Positions 57,252 to 64,000 of a stretch of 64,000 nt of DNA are shown here, in pieces. The DNA is taken from NCBI GenBank assembly GCA_964415305.1, contig CAYPZE010000001.1, forward strand, positions 456 to 64,455, written 5' to 3'. Origin of the DNA: an uncultured Methylotenera sp. GTDB taxonomy: Bacteria > Pseudomonadota > Gammaproteobacteria > Burkholderiales > Methylophilaceae. Position numbers and translations under genes: made by a program. The stretch's first letter is position 1; each line of letters starts with the position of its first letter. The notes under the pieces were generated by a model. The model was given only the letters and a program-made list of their open reading frames with translations, had not been told where the DNA came from and made no database searches.

Positions 57252-58544
57252 ATGATGGATAACGATATTAATATTCTCTGGAAAGAAATCGTTCAGGACC
57301 TGAGTACGGTTTCTGCTTTGTGGCAGCTGTTTGTATTTGGCGTGATTTTGGGCGTAAGCGGCTTGCTCAATTGGCATCTGCGCAAGCAAATCGAGGCCGG
57401 CAAAGTAAACACTGTTTATAAAATGCTGTTAGGTGGGATTGAGCGCCTGTTTTTCCCGTTTGTGGCGTTTTTGCTACTGGTGGTCGCGCGCTATTCGCTT
57501 GAAGGCTTTATACATGTTGGTCTGTTGCGACTGGCGTCGCGGATGTTGTTGGCGATGGTGATTATTCGCAGCCTGGTTTATGTGTTGCGCTATGTATTCT
57601 CGCCCAGCGCCTGGTTGCATTCGTTTGAGCGCGTCATCGCATGGAGTGTGTGGGTGGTGGTGGCTTTGCATATCAGCGGTTTCCTGGATCCTGCCTTGCA
57701 GATTCTGGAAGATGTGACGTTTAATGTTGGCAAGCAGAAGTTAAACCTGTTGCTGCTGATTCAGGGCGGGCTGACCATCGTCATCACTATGTTGGTCGCT
57801 TTGTGGTTAAGTCGCATGATAGAGCTGCGGCTCATGGCTTCAGAGAGTATCAATAGTAACTGGCGTGTCATTATGGTCAAGCTGGTGCGCATGGTGGCCA
57901 TTGTCATTGCCTTGCTGATGTCGATGGCGGCTGTTGGCATTGATGTTACCATGCTGTCTGTGTTTGGCGGTGCGCTTGGTGTAGGCCTCGGTTTTGGTTT
58001 GCAAAAGATCGCCAGCAATTATGTCAGTGGTTTTATTATCCTGATGGATAAATCGCTGCACATGGGAGACATTGTCACCATCAGTAGCCACTATGGCATC
58101 GTCAAAGAGTTACGTTCGCGCTACATGATTCTGCGTAAGTTGGATGGAACAGAAGTGATCATCCCTAACGAAACGATGATCACAGATGTCGTCATTAATC
58201 ACACGTCTGCCGCACATAAGGCGAAAATACCGATTCCTATCCAGATTTCCTATGAAAGTGACTTGGATGCTGCCATGCAGATTTTGAAACAGGTTGGTCA
58301 GGCCCATCAGCGCACCATAAAAGATGAGTCTGCTGTGGATGTGATTATCAAGGCGTTTGCAGAAAGTGGCATTGATTTGCAATTGTCAGTATGGGTTGCT
58401 GATCCTGAGGAAGGTTCGGCCAAGTTGCAAAGTGAGATCTATTATGAGATTTGGCAGCGCTTTAAAGCGAATAATATTCAGATTCCATATCCTCAGCGCG
58501 ACGTGAGGTTGATCTCCGTGCCAGCCGCTTCTACGGCGATTTAA
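57252..58544 (+). CDS. MscS-family mechanosensitive channel
   Basis: GALGVGLGFGLQKIASNYVSG, IPNE, IPYPQR. Confidence 0.92.
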   Translation: MMDNDINILWKEIVQDLSTVSALWQLFVFGVILGVSGLLNWHLRKQIEAGKVNTVYKMLLGGIERLFFPFVAFLLLVVARYSLEGFIHVGLLRLASRMLLAMVIIRSLVYVLRYVFSPSAWLHSFERVIAWSVWVVVALHISGFLDPALQILEDVTFNVGKQKLNLLLLIQGGLTIVITMLVALWLSRMIELRLMASESINSNWRVIMVKLVRMVAIVIALLMSMAAVGIDVTMLSVFGGALGVGLGFGLQKIASNYVSGFIILMDKSLHMGDIVTISSHYGIVKELRSRYMILRKLDGTEVIIPNETMITDVVINHTSAAHKAKIPIPIQISYESDLDAAMQILKQVGQAHQRTIKDESAVDVIIKAFAESGIDLQLSVWVADPEEGSAKLQSEIYYEIWQRFKANNIQIPYPQRDVRLISVPAASTAI

Positions 58545-58545
58545 A

Positions 58546-58583
58546 CAACAAAAATCCCAATACTTGCGTTGGGATTTTTGTTG
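58546..58583. terminator. Terminator after the mscS-family gene
   Basis: caacaaaaatcccaa-8 nt loop-ttgggatttttgttg. Confidence 0.85.
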
Positions 58584-58615
58584 GTCGATAGAAAGTGGCA
58601 ATAATAATATATAGA

Positions 58616-58651
58616 TAATAAAAAAGCCTGCAGTTGCAGGCTTTTTTATTA
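58616..58651. terminator. Terminator after rpmG
   Basis: taataaaaaagcctgc-agtt-gcaggcttttttatta. Confidence 0.9.
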
Positions 58652-58667
58652 ATGCTTAAAACTAAAA

Positions 58668-58823
58668 TTATTTCAATTTAGTTTCTTTGTACATCACATG
58701 CTTACGAGCAACTGGGTCAAATTTCTTGATCTCCATTTTCTCTGGCATAGTACGTTTGTTTTTTGTGGTGGTATAGAAATGACCTGTACCAGCACTAGAC
58801 TCTAATTTGATTTTTTCACGCAT
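58668..58823 (-). CDS. rpmG: 50S protein L33 (not in ORF track)
   Basis: Own translation [51 protein letters not shown]. Confidence 0.97.
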   Translation of the reverse strand: MREKIKLESSAGTGHFYTTTKNKRTMPEKMEIKKFDPVARKHVMYKETKLK

Positions 58824-58854
58824 GATAATGTCCTTAGCTGACTAATGTCGCGAG

Positions 58855-59091
58855 TTAGATTTTTTCGCCAGCAGCACGCAAATCAGCCAACACAGCGTCG
58901 ATACCATTTTTGTCAATCGTACGCAAAGCAGCGTTGGTAATGCGCAGGCTTACCCAGCGGTTTTCGCTCTCAACCCAAAACTTACGGTTTTGCAAGTTAG
59001 GCAAGAAACGACGTCTTGTTTTGTTTTGTGCGTGAGAAACATTGTTGCCCACCATTGGTTTTTTACCGGTTACCTGACATACACGTGCCAT
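58855..59091 (-). CDS. rpmB: 50S protein L28
   Basis: [24 protein letters not shown]; ATG at 59091. Confidence 0.98.
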   Translation of the reverse strand: MARVCQVTGKKPMVGNNVSHAQNKTRRRFLPNLQNRKFWVESENRWVSLRITNAALRTIDKNGIDAVLADLRAAGEKI

Positions 59092-59131
59092 GGTTGTCTC
59101 CAAATACTTTTATCTTTTCAGAAAGAGCGAG

Positions 59132-59161
59132 ATTATAGATTGAATCGTATACACAAATCAA
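59132..59161 (-). promoter_or_regulatory. rpmBG promoter
   Basis: Minus strand TTGATT, 18 nt spacer, TATAAT. Confidence 0.7.
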
Positions 59162-59186
59162 GCGATTATTATCATTTTTCAAACAA

Positions 59187-59639
59187 TTAGTGCTTGCCTG
59201 TGCTGCCAAAGCCACCTTCACCCCGTTCGCTGCTGGTAAATTCGTCCACAATATGAAAATCTGCCTGCACCACAGGCACAATTACCATCTGCGCCACACG
59301 CTCCATCGGGTTCAAAATAAAGGCTTCTTTGCTACGGTTCCAGCACGAGACCAATAGTTGGCCTTGATAGTCAGAGTCGATCAGCCCCACCAGATTGCCC
59401 AGCACAATACCGTGCTTATGGCCCAGCCCTGAGCGCGGCAGAATCATGGCCGCATAATAAGTATTGTCGATGTGTATGGCCATCCCCGTTGGAATCATTA
59501 TCGTCTCGCCCGGCTGAATAGTTTGCGTGTGCTCGATACAGGCGCGCAAATCCAGCCCGGCAGAACCTGGCGTGGCATAGCTAGGCATCATGTGATGCAA
59601 GCGGGGGTCAAGAATCTTGAGGTCTACGGTAATCGACAT
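59187..59639 (-). CDS. dut: dUTPase
   Basis: [31 protein letters not shown]. Confidence 0.98.
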   Translation of the reverse strand: MSITVDLKILDPRLHHMMPSYATPGSAGLDLRACIEHTQTIQPGETIMIPTGMAIHIDNTYYAAMILPRSGLGHKHGIVLGNLVGLIDSDYQGQLLVSCWNRSKEAFILNPMERVAQMVIVPVVQADFHIVDEFTSSERGEGGFGSTGKH

Positions 59640-59721
59640 GCTGCATACTCCATAAAAATGATTGCGCTATTAAACACGAAATAAGGCTGAAAATCACTGA
59701 TTACGATAATAAGTCAGCAAC

Positions 59722-59746
59722 AAAAAAGCCAGCAGTTGCTGGCTTT
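59722..59746 (-). terminator. Terminator after the TonB receptor gene
   Basis: aaaaaagccagc-agtt-gctggcttt; T tract on the minus strand. Confidence 0.8.
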
Positions 59747-59763
59747 GCAAATCGTGTGGATGC

Positions 59764-61899
59764 TTAAAATTTATATTGTGCACTTAAGCCAAGCAGGTAG
59801 TTGCGGCCCGCGGCAGGTTCGAAGAATAAGCCGTTACCGTCATTGACGCGTACAGAACCGATGTAGTCTTTGTCGGTAATGTTTTCTAAACGGATAAATT
59901 CTTTAAATCGCCAGTTGGTCAGGTTTTGTTCAAGTCCTGCGCGGATATTGAATATGGTGTAAGAAGGTGCCTTGTCTGTGTTGATATCGTTCACGTAGAC
60001 TTGACTGTTATGGCGACCTTCGAGAGCTGAGAAAAAGCCAAGGCTAGGGTACTTCCAAGCGACTTCTCCGTACACTTGAGACTTGTAGGTGCCAGGGATG
60101 CGGTTACCTGAGTTGACTGTCCCGGTTGTGCCTGCTGCGTTAATCACTGTTACGAAAGGATCATCAAATTTTGCATTGAGTAATGTGTAGGCGGCGAACA
60201 CAGTGATGTTGTTGTCCAGATTGGCATCAATCGACGCTTCTATGCCTGTCCTTTTTGTTTTGCCTGCGTTTTGATAGCTTGAACGCCCTGAAACGGTTTG
60301 ACGCGTCACAATTTCATTGTCAGTGTCGACTTTAAATAGCGTCACGTTGGCTCTGATATCGTCAGTGATAAAAGCTTTTGCGCCCAATTCAATATTAGTA
60401 CTTTCAGCAGCCTTCAGTGAAAGGTTCGGTTTGCTTGCTACACCGCCCGTGACATTATCAAAAGCTGCTTCAATAAACGTAGGCGTTTCGAAGCCTTTTC
60501 CGAAGTTAGCATAGAAGTTTAACTTCTCTGTTGCTTTCCAGATAATACCGACCACTGGCGTGGTTTTCTGGTACTCGACATTTCCACTGTTATCGCCGTT
60601 TGAGCCTGTGCCGGTAATGAAGTTGTCTTGAACTTCCAGTTTTACTTTGGTGTGACGTGCACCTGCGTGCAAATCAAGGTTAGGCGTGATGCTTAAGTTG
60701 CCTTGTAAATATTGATCGAAGTTGCTGGAGATGTTTTGTTCCAGCCTATTTGGTGTGTTAACAATTGAGCCTAAGCGCAAAAGGTTGGTGTCTTTACGGT
60801 CATCGGTTGACTTCCCATAATTCAACCCAAGGGTTATTTGGTAGGGGAGGTTGCCTAGGCTTCCTTTATTGTCCCATCTCAAGTCTGCACCGTAAAATTC
60901 TCTACTGATTTCACTGAGTCGAGAACTGGTAGCCGCAAGGGTTGTAGCAGTTGCCGTCGTCGTTAAAATTTGGGCATTATTTCTATTACCTACGTAAGGA
61001 ATAAAACTGATTTTGTTATTTTCGTTAAACGCATGCTCAATGTTAAAACCCACTTGCGTATGGTCACGTTTAACACTTGTGTTGGCAAATAAGGCAGCAG
61101 GAACAACTTTATCTCGTGTTGCATTAGAAAATGCTCTTGCACGGTTTAAGCCCAATGGGTCTTGCGCTTCCTGGTCAAACCAGTTCACTAAAGCTGTGAC
61201 TTTAGTATCTTCGTTTAAATTAAACTTGAATTTGGCAGTGGCCATTTGTTTATTGCTTGAGCTATTGGCTCTGTAGCCGTCAGACTCATAGTTGGATACA
61301 TTCAGCGAGTATTCCAAACCCTCTAATTGTCCAGCCGCCTCCAGCACATTGCGTTTGGTGTCGTAGCTACCAAACATGGTAGTGGCGCCGATGGTTGGCG
61401 TAGCAGGCGCATCTTGCGTAAACATTTGAATCACACCACCAGACGAGTTGCCATACAAAGATGAGAACGGGCCGCGCATCACTTCTATGCTTTTAATCGA
61501 TGACAAATCGACAACGCCCGGTTGGCCCTGGCCATCTGGCATGGTGAGAGGGATGCCGTCTACGTAGACACGAATTCCGCGCACGCCAAACGATGAACGT
61601 GATCCAAAGCCGCGGCTGGAGATTTGTGGGTCTTGTGCTTGTTGTGTTCTGTTTTGTGCCGTGATGCCAGGTACGCGGATCAGGCTTTCGGACAAGTTCA
61701 TTTGCAACTGGCCGTCTTTGATGTTTTTTTGCTCAACGACATCAATGGCGACTGGCAAATCAAAGCTGTTTTGGGCCTGGCGGGTGGCAGTGACTACCAC
61801 TGGCGACAGCGTGATTGTCGTCTCTTCATCGGCAAATGCCGGAGTGTTGAATGCCGTGGAGACGGCAATATAAATAGGTGCAAGGCGTAACGCGCGCAT
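59764..61899 (-). CDS. TonB-dependent receptor, YncD/PqqU family
   Basis: Signal peptide, VVVTATR, NLSESL..VPG..QNR, RGFGSRS.FG.RGIR.YVDGIP.TMPDGQGQ, EVMRGPFSSLYGN, GFETPT, YIGSV.VN..NG..FEPA.GRNY, terminal Phe. Confidence 0.88.
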   Translation of the reverse strand: MRALRLAPIYIAVSTAFNTPAFADEETTITLSPVVVTATRQAQNSFDLPVAIDVVEQKNIKDGQLQMNLSESLIRVPGITAQNRTQQAQDPQISSRGFGSRSSFGVRGIRVYVDGIPLTMPDGQGQPGVVDLSSIKSIEVMRGPFSSLYGNSSGGVIQMFTQDAPATPTIGATTMFGSYDTKRNVLEAAGQLEGLEYSLNVSNYESDGYRANSSSNKQMATAKFKFNLNEDTKVTALVNWFDQEAQDPLGLNRARAFSNATRDKVVPAALFANTSVKRDHTQVGFNIEHAFNENNKISFIPYVGNRNNAQILTTTATATTLAATSSRLSEISREFYGADLRWDNKGSLGNLPYQITLGLNYGKSTDDRKDTNLLRLGSIVNTPNRLEQNISSNFDQYLQGNLSITPNLDLHAGARHTKVKLEVQDNFITGTGSNGDNSGNVEYQKTTPVVGIIWKATEKLNFYANFGKGFETPTFIEAAFDNVTGGVASKPNLSLKAAESTNIELGAKAFITDDIRANVTLFKVDTDNEIVTRQTVSGRSSYQNAGKTKRTGIEASIDANLDNNITVFAAYTLLNAKFDDPFVTVINAAGTTGTVNSGNRIPGTYKSQVYGEVAWKYPSLGFFSALEGRHNSQVYVNDINTDKAPSYTIFNIRAGLEQNLTNWRFKEFIRLENITDKDYIGSVRVNDGNGLFFEPAAGRNYLLGLSAQYKF

Positions 61900-61960
61900 G
61901 ATGATTCTCGATACTAAAAATTAAGCTGCGCGATTGTAAGCTGATTGTAAGTTTGGGCAG

Positions 61961-61986
61961 CTCAGTATTTTCATGAAAATACTGAG
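61961..61986. repeat. Perfect 26-bp palindrome
   Basis: ctcagtattttcatgaaaatactgag is its own reverse complement. Confidence 0.9.
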
Positions 61987-62000
61987 AAATATCGATTTAA

Positions 62001-63197
62001 TTAGCTTGGATCAAATTGGCTTTTAAGGTGGGTTAAGAGTTTGAATGCGATGTTAATTTTGTCGTCGGTGCCAAGGGGATGTTCGCCGCCTGCGTCAATA
62101 ATGGTGACAGCATTTTGTTCGCTGCCCATGGCGGTGCTGGCGTGATTAGCTACAATCATGGGGATGCGTTTTGCCAGTCTTTTTTGCCTGGCGTAATCCA
62201 GCACCTGTTCTGTCTCGGCGGCGAATCCAACGCAATAGGGTGGCTTGGGTAAAGAGGCGACATCTGCGAGGATGTCCTTGTTTTTGATGAGTCTGACGGT
62301 GAGTGACTCTTCACTTTTTTTGATTTTCTGCTCAGAAGACATCTCTGGCCTGTAGTCGGCGACCGCGGCGACCGCAATAAAAATATCCTGATCTGCAATA
62401 TGCTGCATCACCGTTTGGTACATCTCATTTGCGCTGCTGGCAAAGTAGGCGCGGCTGGTGGTTGGGCGCGCGGCACTGGCATGGCCATAAATCAGTGTGA
62501 CCTCCGCGCCCATGTGCATGGCGGCTTGCGCCAGCGCATAGCCCATTTTTCCGCTACTGAGGTTGGTGATGCCACGCACTGGGTCCAGCTTTTCTAGCGT
62601 GGCGCCAGCGGTGATGAGTAGCTTTTTGCCTGCCAGTAGCTTGGGCGTAAAAAAACTGTTTAAAGCTTCCAGTAAATCTGCGGGTTCCAGCATTCGGCCT
62701 TGCCCTACCTCACCACAGGCTTGTTCACCGCTATCCGGGCCTAATGTCGTGATCCCATCTTGTTGCAGTTGTTCGATGTTGCGTTGTGTGGCAGGGTTCT
62801 CCCACATTTGACGATTCATAGCGGGTGCTACTAGTAGTGGGCACTCACGAGCAAGGCATAATGTAGAGAGTAAGTCGTTGGCAAAGCCATGCGCCAGTTT
62901 GGCGATAAAGTCTGCACTGGCAGGCGCCACTAAAATGGCATCAGCTTTGCGGCTGAGTTCAATGTGCGGCATACCGTTGGCAATACGCTGGTCCCAGCTA
63001 TCAACAAATACCGGGTTGCCGGACAACGCCTGTAATGTCGTCGGCGTGATAAAGTGGGTTGCGGCTTCTGTCATCACCACTTGCACGCTGTGGCCCTGTT
63101 TAACCAGTAAACGCACTAGCTCTGCTGTTTTGTAGGCGGCAATGCCGCCTGTGACGCCGAGCAGTAAATGGCGCGGATGTGATTGCGTTGGGATCAT
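62001..63197 (-). CDS. coaBC: Phosphopantothenoylcysteine decarboxylase/ligase
   Basis: GVTGGIAAYK, HIEL, PAMN, ACGEVGQGRM, NLSSGKMG, GFAAET. Confidence 0.97.
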   Translation of the reverse strand: MIPTQSHPRHLLLGVTGGIAAYKTAELVRLLVKQGHSVQVVMTEAATHFITPTTLQALSGNPVFVDSWDQRIANGMPHIELSRKADAILVAPASADFIAKLAHGFANDLLSTLCLARECPLLVAPAMNRQMWENPATQRNIEQLQQDGITTLGPDSGEQACGEVGQGRMLEPADLLEALNSFFTPKLLAGKKLLITAGATLEKLDPVRGITNLSSGKMGYALAQAAMHMGAEVTLIYGHASAARPTTSRAYFASSANEMYQTVMQHIADQDIFIAVAAVADYRPEMSSEQKIKKSEESLTVRLIKNKDILADVASLPKPPYCVGFAAETEQVLDYARQKRLAKRIPMIVANHASTAMGSEQNAVTIIDAGGEHPLGTDDKINIAFKLLTHLKSQFDPS

Positions 63198-63297
63198 GGC
63201 TGCATTTTAACTGTAAATTTCAGGCAATTGCCATTTCTGCAATGTATAGCATTTTCTTTAAAAATGTTAACATCTGCACATCGGTGGAGTGAGGCGC

Positions 63298-64000
63298 ATG
63301 CTAAAGTTAGTCAGGATTTTTTTCTGGGTGGTTGTGGTGCTGGCTGCATTGATGCAGCTTTGGCTGGAATATCAAACCTTGCAGTGGCGTCAATCTTTAA
63401 ACGTTGCTTTGTACCCGATCAATGTTGATGGCACGCCAGTGGTGGATGCCTACATCGCCAGCTTGCGACCGCAAGATTTTGAAGTCATTGCGCAGTTTTT
63501 TTCACGCGAAGCACAAAAATACCAATTACCTTTGTCACGTCCCATCAGTCTTTATTTAGGGCCTGAGATTCATGATGTTCCACCGGCACCGCCCGCGGTC
63601 AACGGCCACCTTTGGGATATTATTTTGTGGAGCCTCAAGTTCAGATGGTTCGGCTGGGGGCATCAACCAGACGTCGGTGAGCCTATCGATATCAAGCTAT
63701 ATCTGTTGTATCACGATCCAGGCAGGCATCGCCACTTATTGCACTCAACTGCTTTACACAAAGGCAGAATCGGTCGCGTCAATTTGTTTGCAGAAAACAG
63801 CCAGCATGCAACCAATGCCGTGATTATTGGGCATGAGTTGCTGCATACGCTCAGTGCCAGTGACAAATATAACTTGAGTACCAGTCTGCCCCTGTTTCCT
63901 CAGGGCTATGCCGAGCCTTATGCGCAACCGCTTTATCCGCAATCTATCCCCGAATCCATGGCCGGCAAAGTGCCGCAAACAACGCAACAAGCACGCATGG
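63298..64000 (+). CDS. Uncharacterised N-anchored protein with HExxH motif (3'-truncated; not in ORF track)
   Basis: Own translation from ATG 63298 (after GGAG/GAGG), open to the window end: MLKLVRIFFWVVVVLAALMQLW...IGHELLHTLSASDKY...ESMAGK. Confidence 0.8.
   Translation, partial: MLKLVRIFFWVVVVLAALMQLWLEYQTLQWRQSLNVALYPINVDGTPVVDAYIASLRPQDFEVIAQFFSREAQKYQLPLSRPISLYLGPEIHDVPPAPPAVNGHLWDIILWSLKFRWFGWGHQPDVGEPIDIKLYLLYHDPGRHRHLLHSTALHKGRIGRVNLFAENSQHATNAVIIGHELLHTLSASDKYNLSTSLPLFPQGYAEPYAQPLYPQSIPESMAGKVPQTTQQARM

Noticed and set aside
59162-59180. Partial Fur-like GATTATTATCATT upstream of the rpmB promoter
   Set aside because: Only a partial match in AT-rich DNA; better explained as an UP element.

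Overview
Core-genome window from a methylotrophic betaproteobacterium, most likely Methylophilus/Methylophilaceae (inferred from a RuMP-pathway hps lying between hisC and hisB and from gene order). Left to right: 3' end of a pilin-like gene; mlaFEDCB; an ABC-2 pair; bolA-grxD-murA; the his cluster interrupted by hps; HIT-tatABC; a DegS-like protease and Nif3; petABC-sspAB; tRNA Thr-Tyr-Gly-Thr, tuf, tRNA-Trp; secE-nusG-rplKAJL-rpoBC; str, S10, spc and alpha ribosomal operons; a glutaredoxin-like gene, mgtE, mscS, rpmBG, dut, a YncD/PqqU-like TonB receptor, coaBC and a truncated HExxH protein. I found no mobile elements or CRISPR arrays. Best leads: (1) the formaldehyde-fixing enzyme Hps carries a C-terminal transmembrane helix and an acidic Ala/Glu/Pro repeat tail, suggesting a membrane-tethered formaldehyde trap; (2) the rplN leader reproduces the 16S helix-21 S8-binding core over the ribosome-binding site, a candidate relocated S8 operator; (3) a PqqU-like receptor with mosaic base composition and a 26-bp perfect palindrome upstream; (4) a perfect FNR box at class-I spacing before petABC. 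All homology calls come from recognising motifs by eye, not from database searches.
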